DNA of 40,083 nt from assembly GCA_041497675.1 (NCBI GenBank), contig JBGQGY010000019.1, positions 1 through 40,083 on the forward strand. The letters run 5' to 3'. A model generated the notes under the pieces. That model saw nothing but the letters and a program-made list of their open reading frames with translations, did no database searches and was not told the DNA's origin. Made by a program: the position numbers and the translations under genes. Of this stretch, positions 27,387-36,568 are shown in pieces (positions within the stretch are counted from its first letter, which is position 1; every line of letters starts with the position of its first letter). The DNA comes from a bacterium (GTDB lineage Bacteria; Sysuimicrobiota; Sysuimicrobiia; Sysuimicrobiales; Humicultoraceae).

Positions 27387-28837
27387 CGCTGTCCGTCCTG
27401 CTGGAGCAGCCGCGCCGCTGCGGGTGGCCCCCAGGTTCCGGCGGCGTAGAACTCGACCGGCGGCGGCTGCTCGAGCACCGGCGCATAAAAGTTCCACGCC
27501 GCCTCGACCTCGTCGGCGCGGACGAACAGCGTCTGGTCGCCGTTCAGCACGTCCATCAGGAGCGTCTCATAGGCCTCCGGGAGCGGTGAAAAGGATTCCG
27601 CGTAACGAAACTGCAGGCGCTGCGTTTGCAGCGCGATCCCCTGACCGGGCGCCTTGACTTCAAACCCGAGTTCGAATCCCTCGTCGGGCTGGATGGTAAT
27701 CACCAGAACGTTGCGATGGATGGACTCGATGCCATACGTCCTGAACACCGACACCGGCGGGCGGCGAAACGTCACCACGATCTGTGTCATCCGGCGGGCC
27801 AACCGCTTGCCGGCACGCAGATAGAACGGCACGCCGTGCCAGCGCCAGTTGGAGATCTCCAGCCGCATCGCGACAAAATTCTCGGTCTCCGAGTCGGGCG
27901 CGACGCCGGGCTCCTGCCGGTAGCCTGGGACCGCCTGTCCGTCGATCAGCCCCGCCACATACTGCCCCCAGGCGACCCGCTCGTGGGCAATCGGCGCCAG
28001 CGCGCGTAGAACTTTCACTTTCTCATTACGGATCGCATCCGCCTCGAAGGCGCTTGGGACTTCCATGGCCACGAGGGTCAACAACTGCGTCAGATGATTC
28101 TGGATCATGTCGCGCAGCGCCCCGGCCTGCTCGTAGTAGCCGGCGCGGCCCTCGACTCCCACCTGTTCGGCCACGGTCAATTGCACGCTCTCGACGCGAT
28201 CGCGGTTCCACAGCGTTTCGAAGATCGGATTGGCAAAGCGAAACACCAGCAGGTTTTGTACGGTTTCCTTGCCGAGGTAGTGATCGATGCGGTACACCTG
28301 GGATTCATCGAAGTACCGGTGCACCAGCTCGTTGAGGTTGCGCGCCGTCGCCACGTCGCGGCCAAACGGCTTCTCGATCACCAGACGCGTCCAGCCGGCG
28401 CTGCGGTTGAGCCCCGCCTGACCGAGACCCATGATCGTGCCCGGAAACGCCTGCGGCGGCAGCGCAAGGTAGAGCACACGGTTCGCCGGCAAACCAGCAG
28501 CCTTCTCGAGCGCCTCGAGCCGCGACGCCAGCACCCGATAGTCGTCCGGTTGGCCGGCGCCGACGGTTTGATAGTGCACGCACTCCTGGCACCAGCGCGT
28601 GGACCGCGCGGCATCCAGACCCGCGTCCCTGAGCGCCTCGCGGGCCCAAGTCCTAAATCCTTGATCGTCCTGGTCCTTCGCCCGCGCGGCACCGACGATG
28701 TGGGTGCGTTCGTGGAGCAATCCCTGCTCGGAGAGCCGAAATAGCGCCGGGAGCAACTTGCGGTGCATGAGATCACCGGTCCCGCCCAGCACGACGATCG
28801 TCGCGGGTGCCGTTTTCGCGTAGGCGTCCGCCGTCAC
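27371..28837 (-). CDS. zwf: glucose-6-phosphate 1-dehydrogenase
   Basis: GGTGDL, EKPFG, RIDHYLGKE, RDMIQNH, WRWHGVPFYLRAGK; GTGA overlap with gnd. Confidence 0.95.
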   Translation of the reverse strand: MTADAYAKTAPATIVVLGGTGDLMHRKLLPALFRLSEQGLLHERTHIVGAARAKDQDDQGFRTWAREALRDAGLDAARSTRWCQECVHYQTVGAGQPDDYRVLASRLEALEKAAGLPANRVLYLALPPQAFPGTIMGLGQAGLNRSAGWTRLVIEKPFGRDVATARNLNELVHRYFDESQVYRIDHYLGKETVQNLLVFRFANPIFETLWNRDRVESVQLTVAEQVGVEGRAGYYEQAGALRDMIQNHLTQLLTLVAMEVPSAFEADAIRNEKVKVLRALAPIAHERVAWGQYVAGLIDGQAVPGYRQEPGVAPDSETENFVAMRLEISNWRWHGVPFYLRAGKRLARRMTQIVVTFRRPPVSVFRTYGIESIHRNVLVITIQPDEGFELGFEVKAPGQGIALQTQRLQFRYAESFSPLPEAYETLLMDVLNGDQTLFVRADEVEAAWNFYAPVLEQPPPVEFYAAGTWGPPAAARLLQQDGQRWHPS

Positions 28838-29739
28838 GTCGTCTTCACCGCGTGCCCGCCGAACTGCTGCCGCATCGCCGCCAGCAGGCGGTCGCCAAAC
28901 GGGTCCGTCTCGCGCGATCGGAACCGCCGCTCCAACGAGAGCGTGATGACGGGGATCGACGTCTCGAGCTCCAGCGACTCCAGCACGGTCCACCGGCCTT
29001 CGCCGCTGTCGCTCACGTACGCGGCGATCCCGTTCAGCGTCGGGTTCTCGGCCAGCGCACGCGCGGTCAGATCCAACAACCAGGATCGCACCACGCTGCC
29101 GTGCTGCCACATCTGCGCGATCTGGTGCAGGTCGAGGTGAAACGCCTCTTTGCGCTGCATCAGCGTGAAGCCCTCGGCGTAGGCTTGCATCAGGCCGTAC
29201 TCAATGCCGTTGTGGATCATCTTGACGAAATGCCCGGCGCCGCTGGGGCCAACATGCCCCCATCCCCGGTCGGGCCCGGGAGCCAGCGTCTTGAAAATCG
29301 GCGTCAGGCGTTCAACCGGGGTGCGATCGCCGCCGATCATCAGACAGTACCCCTCCGCCAGCCCCCAGATGCCTCCGCTCGTACCGACGTCGACAAAGGA
29401 CACGCCACCCTCGGCCAGCGCTGCGGCTCGGCGCATGCTGTCCTTGTAGTAGGAGTTGCCGCCGTCGAGGATTACGTCGCCCTTCGCAAGGTGTGGGAGC
29501 AATTCGCGGATGGCCTCGTCGACCGGTTCGCCGGCCGGGATCATCAGCCAGACGGCCCGCGGCGCCGCCAGCCTTGCGGCGAGATCGCCCAGCGAGGACG
29601 CGCCGGCGCCGCCTCCGTCGACCACACGCTGTACCGCCGGCGCCTCGCGCGCATACCCGACGACCCGGTGACCGCCCCGCAGTAGCCGCTCGCTCATGTT
29701 GCCGCCCATCCGTCCCAAGCCCACCATGCCCAGTTCCAT
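28834..29739 (-). CDS. gnd: 6-phosphogluconate dehydrogenase, decarboxylating (short form)
   Basis: GLGRMG, DGGNS, GTSGGIWG, GHFVKMIHNGIEYG, DSGEGRW, FGGH. Confidence 0.95.
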   Translation of the reverse strand: MELGMVGLGRMGGNMSERLLRGGHRVVGYAREAPAVQRVVDGGGAGASSLGDLAARLAAPRAVWLMIPAGEPVDEAIRELLPHLAKGDVILDGGNSYYKDSMRRAAALAEGGVSFVDVGTSGGIWGLAEGYCLMIGGDRTPVERLTPIFKTLAPGPDRGWGHVGPSGAGHFVKMIHNGIEYGLMQAYAEGFTLMQRKEAFHLDLHQIAQMWQHGSVVRSWLLDLTARALAENPTLNGIAAYVSDSGEGRWTVLESLELETSIPVITLSLERRFRSRETDPFGDRLLAAMRQQFGGHAVKTT

Positions 29740-29757
29740 CGCGATCCTCCTCCACTC

Positions 29758-31398
29758 TCAGGCACGCAGGACCTCAGCCACCCGTGCCAGGCCGCCCACC
29801 ACGTCGCGCCCAAGGTCGACGCGCACCAGCCGGCGTCCGCGCTGGTGCAGTGCCGCCAGGTCCCCCAGCGCCTGCGCGCGGATCAGGGCGCCAAACGTAT
29901 AGTCCGTTTCGGGCACCGCGAGATCGTGTGGTGGGTCGTCGACAATCTGCAGAAACAGCCCGGTGTTCGGACCACCCTTGTGCAGTTGCCCGGTCGAGTG
30001 CAGGAAACGCGGCCCGTATCCCAGCGTCGTCGCCACCCGCAGGCGATCGCGCAGCGCCTGACGGATCGCGTCCAGGGCCGCGGTGGTGGCGCTCGACGGC
30101 GCCAGGTAGGCCTGCACCCCCACGTAGTCGCCGGGCCGCACCGTCGCGAGCCACGCGCGCAGCGCGCCCGCCAGCGTCTCGCGGCGATCCGCGGCCACCT
30201 CGTCCGGCATCGCCGTCTTCCCCGGGTCCGGCGGCGTCGCCCCAACGCCTTTCTGCATGGCCTGCTGCGCCAGGTCTTTGGCCAGTTGCACGTCCGGCTG
30301 ATTGAAGGGATGGATACCGAGCACCGCGCCCGCGGCGGCCACCGCGACTTCCCAGCGGAAGAACTCCTGGCCGATATCCGTCTTGTCGGCGAGCTCGGTA
30401 CGAATGACCGGGTGCCCCGCGGCTTCCAGCGCGCGCATACTCGCCTCGAGGTCGGGTGTCGCTTCACCGGTCACACAGACGTGTACAAACACGCGGTCGC
30501 GTTCATAAGCATCTACGGCGCCTGCGGGCTCGTCGACGATGGGCACGATCCCTTTGCCGTCCTTGCCGGTGCTCTCCGCGATCAACTGCTCGATCCACGA
30601 CGGCAGCCCGGCCAGCGACGGCGGCACCACGAACGTCACCTTGTCGCGCCCCACCAGGGTCCACTCGCCAAGCGCCGCGCCCAACCGCAGCCCCGGGCTG
30701 TCCTGACACCGGACGCTGGGACCGACGGCCTCCGCCATGTGGCGGGCCCGGTCGAGCACCCGGCGAATGTCGACGCCGAGCAGCGCGGCGGGCACGAGTC
30801 CAAACACGGTCAGGGCCGAGTAGCGGCCGCCGACATCCGGCGGCGCGAGAAACAGCTGCCGGAAGCCGCGTTCGTACGCCAGGCGGACCAGCGGCGTGTC
30901 CGGATCGGTGATGGCCACGAAATGCGCCCCCGGTGTCGAGGAGCCCTGCTCCACACGCTGCCAGAAATAGCGGAACAGCGACAGCGTCTCGGTCGTCGTG
31001 CCGGACTTGCTGGACACAAGAAACACGGTCGTGCGCGGATCGATCGCGGCGTCGACTGCGGCGACGGCTCCGGGGTGTGTGCTGTCCAACACGATCAACG
31101 CCGGGTACCCCGCAGCGTTCCCAAACGTCCGCTGGAAGACCTCGGGCGCCAGGCTGGATCCGCCCATGCCCACCAACACGATGTGCCGCATTCCCGCGGC
31201 CTTCAGCGCGTACGCAAAATCGGTGATCGCCCCGGTCTGGTCGGTCATCGCCGTGGGCAGGTCGAGCCACCCGAGGCGATCGGTGATCTCTGGGAGCCGC
31301 GTAGGGGACCAAAGCGTGTGATCCTTCGCCCACAGGCGACGCGCGAAACCGGTCTCTTCCCACCTCTGCAGACGCGCAGCGACAGCGGCCGGTGTCAT
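29758..31398 (-). CDS. pgi: glucose-6-phosphate isomerase (type of the PGI half of Tal-Pgi fusions)
   Basis: RLGWL, GMGGS, SKSGTTTE, DVGGRYS, EQLIAESTGK, PFNQPDV, GPRFLHSTGQLHKGG. Confidence 0.85.
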   Translation of the reverse strand: MTPAAVAARLQRWEETGFARRLWAKDHTLWSPTRLPEITDRLGWLDLPTAMTDQTGAITDFAYALKAAGMRHIVLVGMGGSSLAPEVFQRTFGNAAGYPALIVLDSTHPGAVAAVDAAIDPRTTVFLVSSKSGTTTETLSLFRYFWQRVEQGSSTPGAHFVAITDPDTPLVRLAYERGFRQLFLAPPDVGGRYSALTVFGLVPAALLGVDIRRVLDRARHMAEAVGPSVRCQDSPGLRLGAALGEWTLVGRDKVTFVVPPSLAGLPSWIEQLIAESTGKDGKGIVPIVDEPAGAVDAYERDRVFVHVCVTGEATPDLEASMRALEAAGHPVIRTELADKTDIGQEFFRWEVAVAAAGAVLGIHPFNQPDVQLAKDLAQQAMQKGVGATPPDPGKTAMPDEVAADRRETLAGALRAWLATVRPGDYVGVQAYLAPSSATTAALDAIRQALRDRLRVATTLGYGPRFLHSTGQLHKGGPNTGLFLQIVDDPPHDLAVPETDYTFGALIRAQALGDLAALHQRGRRLVRVDLGRDVVGGLARVAEVLRA

Positions 31399-32372
31399 CG
31401 CGCGTGGCCCGCGACCGCGTCGCGGGCGATGGCGGCAGCCCCCACCACCCCGGCGTCGTTGCCCAGCGCCGCGCGCGCAAATCGCAGTTGCCGCGTGGCC
31501 GCGGCCAGCGCGTGCGCGCGTACCGGGCCCTCCACCATCTCAGCGAGCTCGGGCACGCCTTCGATCACGCCCCCACCGAGGATGAAGAGACACGGGTTGA
31601 ACGCGTTGACGAACGTCACGATCCCCGCGGCGAGATGCCGCGCGACCTCATCCATCAGACGCCGCGCAAACGGATCCCCTTCTCGGAATGCCTGCGCGAC
31701 GGTCTTCGCCGTAATGGTCTCGACACTCCCGGCCAGTTCGGTGAGCCGCCGCCCGCCTGCCTGATCCGCCCGCGCGGCCTCGCGCGCCTGCGCCGCAATC
31801 GCCCATCCACCGACGTACGCTTCGAGACAACCTCGGTTGGGACACGTGCACTGGCGGCCGCCCGCGACAATCGTGACATGGCCGATCTCGCCGGCCGTGT
31901 TCGTACAGCCCGTGAGCACCCGCCCCCCGCTGACGATGCCACCGCCCACGCCGGTGCCCACGAACAGCGTCATGAGATCGTGTGCGCCGCGACCCGCGCC
32001 GTGCAGCCACTCGCCCCACGTGGCCGCGCGCACGTCGTTGGTCACGAAGACCGGCAGTCCCAACGCCGACGCGAGCTCGGCGCCCAGCGGCACGTCATGC
32101 CAGTGGACGTTTGGCGCATCGAGCACGGTGCCATCTGAGGGATCGATCTGCCCGGCGACGCCAACACCCAACGCGACCGCGTCGCGGGCGTGCGGGCCGA
32201 GCCGTTCGCGCACGCAGGCGACGATGTCGGCGATGACGGGGGCCGCGTTGCGCTCCGCACCGGTGGGGATCGTGTGTTCGGCGAGGATCTTCCCGCCGGC
32301 GTCGACCAAGGCGGTCGCGATTTTCGTCCCACCGACATCGACGCCCAGCGTCGTCGACGGCATCCGCCTCAT
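31395..32372 (-). CDS. ROK family glucokinase
   Basis: GVDVGGTK, NDVRAA, GTGVGGG, GEIGH, CTCPNRGCLE; ATGA overlaps at both ends. Confidence 0.9.
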   Translation of the reverse strand: MRRMPSTTLGVDVGGTKIATALVDAGGKILAEHTIPTGAERNAAPVIADIVACVRERLGPHARDAVALGVGVAGQIDPSDGTVLDAPNVHWHDVPLGAELASALGLPVFVTNDVRAATWGEWLHGAGRGAHDLMTLFVGTGVGGGIVSGGRVLTGCTNTAGEIGHVTIVAGGRQCTCPNRGCLEAYVGGWAIAAQAREAARADQAGGRRLTELAGSVETITAKTVAQAFREGDPFARRLMDEVARHLAAGIVTFVNAFNPCLFILGGGVIEGVPELAEMVEGPVRAHALAAATRQLRFARAALGNDAGVVGAAAIARDAVAGHAR

Positions 32373-33310
32373 GGTGGGCCGCCGAGCGACCGCAGGCGGG
32401 TGGTCGCCCCGCACCGCGCACAGGAAGCCTCGCACGGCTCCACGTGAATCGTGACGTCGACGCCCGGCAGGCCTTCCCCGATGTGCTGTTCCAGGTGGTC
32501 ACAGAGCGCGTGCGCCTCGCCGACCGGGAGCGATCGGTGCAGGACCAAGTGCACGTCGATGAACCGGTCGGCCGCGGCCTGCCGCGTGCGCATCGCGTGA
32601 TACTCGACGATCTCTTCCCGGTGGGCGTCAAAGACCTCCTTGATCTTTGCCTCGTCCTCGGGCGGCAACCGCGTGTCCATCAGACCGCCGAGCGACTGCC
32701 GGCACAAGGCGGCACCCATCCAGGCGATGTTCCCTCCAACGACAATCGCGGCAATCGCGTCGAGTGGCGCCCACCACCCCAGCGCGACCAGCCCGACCCC
32801 GACGAAGACGCCCGCGGAGGTCAACACATCGGAGAGGAGGTGCCGGGCGGACGCCTCCAACGCCACCGAGCGCTGGGCGCGCGAGATGCGCAACAACATC
32901 ACCGCCACGGCCAGGTTCACCAGCGCCGCGAGGGCCATGAGGCCCAGACCGAGCGGAAGATGGCTGAGCGGCTGGGGACGGAACAGGCGATTGACCGCGG
33001 TCACTATGATCCAGATGCCGGCCAGGCAGATCATCGCGCCTTCGGTCGCGCTGCTCACGTATTCGGCCTTGGCGTGGCCGTACTGGTGACCCTCGTCGGG
33101 TGGTCGAACCGCGACCAACAGGCTGATGAGCGCGATATTGGCGGCGATGACGTTCACGACCGACTCGGCGGCGTCGGACAGCAGGGCGACCGAGCCGGTG
33201 AGCAAGTAGGCGGCCACCTTCAAACCTAGGATGGCCACGCCGGTCAGCAGCGAAAGGGCGGCGGCGCGAACTTTGATCGCCGCCGGGGTGGCGGCGCCGG
33301 CTGTCGTCAT
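32369..33310 (-). CDS. cation diffusion facilitator (FieF-like)
   Basis: GSVALLSDAAES, PPDEGHQYGHAKAE, HLLSD, C-terminal dimerisation domain ending HVEPC. Confidence 0.9.
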   Translation of the reverse strand: MTTAGAATPAAIKVRAAALSLLTGVAILGLKVAAYLLTGSVALLSDAAESVVNVIAANIALISLLVAVRPPDEGHQYGHAKAEYVSSATEGAMICLAGIWIIVTAVNRLFRPQPLSHLPLGLGLMALAALVNLAVAVMLLRISRAQRSVALEASARHLLSDVLTSAGVFVGVGLVALGWWAPLDAIAAIVVGGNIAWMGAALCRQSLGGLMDTRLPPEDEAKIKEVFDAHREEIVEYHAMRTRQAAADRFIDVHLVLHRSLPVGEAHALCDHLEQHIGEGLPGVDVTIHVEPCEASCARCGATTRLRSLGGPP

Positions 33311-33410
33311 TGGCGCACCGATCTCATCTTACGCTGCCGTCCCAGCAGGGCGCCAGCGGCATCTGACGGGAGGATGATGTTCGGCCCGCGGTAGGGCGCC
33401 GCGGTCTTCG

Positions 33411-33749
33411 CTACTTCCGGCGGCTGCCGGCGTGCACGGGGACCCAGCGGTTCGCCCACCGCTGGACTTCTGCGACCACGCGCTCGAGGTCCCGCCCTTT
33501 CGCGGTCAACGCATACTCGATGCGTACGGGCGTTTCAGGGTAGACCCTGCGCGCGACGATATCCTCCGCCTCGAGTTCCTTGAGGCGTTCGGACAGCAGG
33601 CGGTCGTGGAGACCCGGCACCGCCTCTTGAACCTCACAAAACCGCCGAGGCCCGTCCATCAGCACGCTGATAATCGCACCCGTCCATCGCTTACCGACGA
33701 GCTCGATGGCCTCGTGGAATTTGGGACACACCCGTTCGATATCGTCCAT
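33411..33749 (-). CDS. HxlR/DUF24 family transcriptional regulator (CatR/YodB-like)
   Basis: VCPKF N-terminal Cys, GKRWTG, LSERLKELE, PVRIEYALTAKG; start 33749 preferred (33767 possible). Confidence 0.9.
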   Translation of the reverse strand: MDDIERVCPKFHEAIELVGKRWTGAIISVLMDGPRRFCEVQEAVPGLHDRLLSERLKELEAEDIVARRVYPETPVRIEYALTAKGRDLERVVAEVQRWANRWVPVHAGSRRK

Positions 33750-33771
33750 TGGCTCGCGACGCTCCATCCAT

Positions 33772-33800
33772 ATCCTAATCTTTCGGAAGGTGCTTGACAA
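33772..33800 (-). promoter_or_regulatory. promoter of HxlR regulator
   Basis: TTGTCA (33800-33795), 17 bp spacer, TAGGAT (33777-33772). Confidence 0.65.
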
Positions 33801-33839
33801 GGGGAAGCTAGACCGCTACTATTACTTCTGAAAGAGAAG
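33794..33839 (+). promoter_or_regulatory. promoter and candidate operator of yceI-VOC operon
   Basis: TTGACA (33794-33799), 17 bp spacer, TACTAT (33817-33822), then inverted repeat CTTCT-N5-AGAAG (33825-33839). Confidence 0.7.
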
Positions 33840-33877
33840 CGAGTATTGAAACATAAGTGAATGGGAGGAAACAGGTC

Positions 33878-34411
33878 ATGAATTGGGCAATCGATCAGAG
33901 TCACAGCAACCTCAATTTTGCAGTGCGCCACATGGCGATCTCAACCGTCCGTGGACGGTTCAAGAAGTTCAGCGGCACCATCCGAGCCGAGGAAGACGGC
34001 ACACTGAAGTCTATCGAAGCCACTATCGACGCCTCCAGCATCGATACCGGAGAGCCCAAGCGGGATGCGCACCTGCGGTCCGCCGACTTCTTTGACGCCG
34101 AGAACTCGCCGGCGCTGACGTTCCGCAGCACCAGCGTCACGCCGCAGGGAGGGAACCGCTACAACGTGAACGGCACGCTCACGATGCGCGACAAGACCAA
34201 GCCCGTCAGTCTGCAGGTTGAGATCACGACACCGATGAAGGATCCTTGGGGAAACGTTCGTGCGGGCGCCGTGGCCAGCGGGACGCTCAATCGCAAGGAT
34301 TGGGGTCTCAACTGGAACCAGGTACTGGAATTGGGCGCACTGTTGGTCGGGGAGGAAGTGCGTTTCAACCTGGACGTCGAGGCGGTCGCACTTGTCGCCG
34401 TCGCGGCCTAA
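33878..34411 (+). CDS. YceI family protein
   Basis: [49 protein letters not shown]. Confidence 0.92.
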   Translation: MNWAIDQSHSNLNFAVRHMAISTVRGRFKKFSGTIRAEEDGTLKSIEATIDASSIDTGEPKRDAHLRSADFFDAENSPALTFRSTSVTPQGGNRYNVNGTLTMRDKTKPVSLQVEITTPMKDPWGNVRAGAVASGTLNRKDWGLNWNQVLELGALLVGEEVRFNLDVEAVALVAVAA

Positions 34412-34432
34412 CCGGGCATCGCGGGAGCGAAT

Positions 34433-35293
34433 ATGCTGAACCCTGAGACGAACCTGGGACCGGTCCACCTGACCGTGGCCGATCTCGATCGGGCGATGGA
34501 GTTCTACGGTGGGGTGCTCGGCCTCAGGTCCCAGGGACGAAACGGCACCGCGATCCTGACGGCCGATGGGGTCACGCCGCTCGTCGTCCTGCGCGCGCAG
34601 CCTGGTGCGCGGCCCAAACCGCCGCACACCACCGGGTTGTATCACTACGCGCTGCTGGTGCCCACGCGTCCCGATCTGGCGCGCACGCTGTTGCGCCTGA
34701 CGGAAACGCGCTATCGCATCGAGGGCGCATCCGATCATCTCGTCAGCGAAGCGCTGTACCTGCCTGATCCGGACGGCAACGGGATCGAAATCTACGCGGA
34801 CCGACCGCGCGACGTCTGGCCGAAGCGGCAGGGCCGCCTGCAGATGGCGACCGAGCCGCTGGATGTCCAGGGGCTCCTGCGTGAAGTCACCGGCAACCCG
34901 CCGTGGCAGGGGCTGGCGCCCGGTACGCGCGTCGGGCACGTCCACCTGCACGTCGCCGATCTGGCCCCGGCCGAGACATTCTATCGCGACGTGCTCGGGT
35001 TTGACCTGATGCTGCACTTCGGTCACAGCGCGGCGTTTCTCTCTGTGGGTGGGTACCATCACCACATCGGCCTGAACACCTGGGCTGGCGCGGGCGCGCC
35101 CCCGCCTCCCCCGGATGCAGCAGGCCTGCGCTTCTTCACCCTGCAACTCGAGGATCAGGATGAAGTGAACCGGTTGACCGCCCGCCTGGCTCAGGCCGGC
35201 GTCGCCTCGCAGGCGCAAGACGGGGGCCTGCTCGTGCACGACCCTTCCGCCAACGGCATCCTGATCGTGACGCGCGTCACCGCGCAGGTGTAG
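34433..35293 (+). CDS. VOC family protein, CatE-like (catechol 2,3-dioxygenase type)
   Basis: GLYHYALL, ASDHLVSEALYLPDPDGNGIEIY, GHVHLHV, GGYHHHIGLNTW. Confidence 0.88.
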   Translation: MLNPETNLGPVHLTVADLDRAMEFYGGVLGLRSQGRNGTAILTADGVTPLVVLRAQPGARPKPPHTTGLYHYALLVPTRPDLARTLLRLTETRYRIEGASDHLVSEALYLPDPDGNGIEIYADRPRDVWPKRQGRLQMATEPLDVQGLLREVTGNPPWQGLAPGTRVGHVHLHVADLAPAETFYRDVLGFDLMLHFGHSAAFLSVGGYHHHIGLNTWAGAGAPPPPPDAAGLRFFTLQLEDQDEVNRLTARLAQAGVASQAQDGGLLVHDPSANGILIVTRVTAQV

Positions 35294-35353
35294 CCGAGAT
35301 CATCGACGAAGGTACATACGATCGCACAGCATGCTCACCAGGGGGTGGTCGGC

Positions 35354-36508
35354 ATGTGGCGTGCGTCGTGGCTTGCGCTCGTCGTCCTCCTCGTGTCCTT
35401 CCCCCACTCCATGAGCGCCGGTCCCGCGTGTGTCATCACGGAAGGGACGGGTATTGCGGGCGTCAGGGTCAGCATGACCGTCCAGGCGGCGTTGAGCATC
35501 ACGGGGCCGCCGGTCGGCCAGCAGTCGACCGGCTCCGAAGCCACGTATGCCCTGCGTGCGCCATGGGCGCAGATGGTGGCAGACTACGGCATGGTGCAGC
35601 GGGTCAGCACCCGCTCGCCGGAGTGTCGCACCGCCCGCGGCGCGAGTCCCAGCGCGACGTTGGGCGCCGTTCGCGCCGCGTATTCGGATGCCGCCGTGAG
35701 TCTCTCCTCCCCGTCTCCCGACGGCGAGATACTGGTCTATCCCACGGTCGGGATTCGATTTCTGATTCGAGATGAGCGCGTGCTTGTCGTCGAGGTCCTC
35801 CGTCCCGAGCTGCCGGCCGGGGGCAATCGCAGCGCGCCTGTTGCGGCTCCGCCGCAGGCGACCGGTACCGGTGACTGGACGGTACGCTCGATGTCGGTGC
35901 GCGTGGAGGAGGATACCTCTCCGATCACGCTCGTCGTGGAAGGCAAGATTGAGAATCGGGGGCGGCCGCTCGCCGTGTACGCTGAGGTTCACGCGTTCAA
36001 GTCAGGAGGGCGGGAGGCCGGCGAGGGCAACTCCCCCGTCTACCCGAACCCCGTCCGCCTGGGAGGCGACGCGGCGTTTGAAGTGCGCGTCCCGATCGAC
36101 GATGTCGTGCTTCGCTACACGGTGACGATCCGACCGATGGGGGCGCCCACGACGTCGCTGGGCCAGACGGCGGGCACCATTCGCGACTTCAAGCCGTTTG
36201 GCTCGATCGTCGCCAAACAGATTCAGGCGGCGGTCGAGACTCCGACACCCTTCAACGCGAGTCGGCGTGACTTCACGCTGGTGGTGACAAACAGCAGTGC
36301 GCTCGTCGTGACATCGGCCAGCGTGGAGGTCGAGATCGAGGCGTTCTGCGCGCAGGCGGCCGAACGCCACGGCGGGACCGTGCCAGTCGAGCGGTTGCAG
36401 CCGGGCGCACGGGTGAGAATCCCCCTGCGGCTCAAAGACGGTTTGTGCCCCGGCTTCGGCGGATGGACGGCCAAAACGAAGGTCAGCAGCGTGAGGATCG
36501 GTGAGTAA
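35354..36508 (+). CDS. secreted hypothetical multi-domain protein
   Basis: Signal-peptide-like N-terminus; beta-rich domains separated by a Pro/Ala linker; ORF open from 35345. Confidence 0.7.
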   Translation: MWRASWLALVVLLVSFPHSMSAGPACVITEGTGIAGVRVSMTVQAALSITGPPVGQQSTGSEATYALRAPWAQMVADYGMVQRVSTRSPECRTARGASPSATLGAVRAAYSDAAVSLSSPSPDGEILVYPTVGIRFLIRDERVLVVEVLRPELPAGGNRSAPVAAPPQATGTGDWTVRSMSVRVEEDTSPITLVVEGKIENRGRPLAVYAEVHAFKSGGREAGEGNSPVYPNPVRLGGDAAFEVRVPIDDVVLRYTVTIRPMGAPTTSLGQTAGTIRDFKPFGSIVAKQIQAAVETPTPFNASRRDFTLVVTNSSALVVTSASVEVEIEAFCAQAAERHGGTVPVERLQPGARVRIPLRLKDGLCPGFGGWTAKTKVSSVRIGE

Positions 36509-36513
36509 CGCCA

Positions 36514-36538
36514 GGGCCCGCCGCAATCCGGCGGGCCC
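36514..36538. terminator. GC-rich hairpin between convergent genes (probable terminator)
   Basis: GGGCCCGCCG-CAATC-CGGCGGGCCC, 10-bp perfect stem; no clear U tract. Confidence 0.6.
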
Positions 36539-36568
36539 CGCATACCAATCTGCGCGACGCGTCGATCG

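Noticed and set aside
28838..29110. N-terminal extension of zwf in the ORF track
   Set aside because: Overlaps gnd; GTG 28837 coupled to the gnd stop is the better start.
29845..31764. 639 aa ORF on + strand
   Set aside because: Antisense shadow of pgi and glucokinase; Arg/Gly-rich with no motifs, typical of high-GC DNA.
33941..35239. 432 aa ORF on - strand
   Set aside because: Antisense to well-supported yceI and VOC genes.
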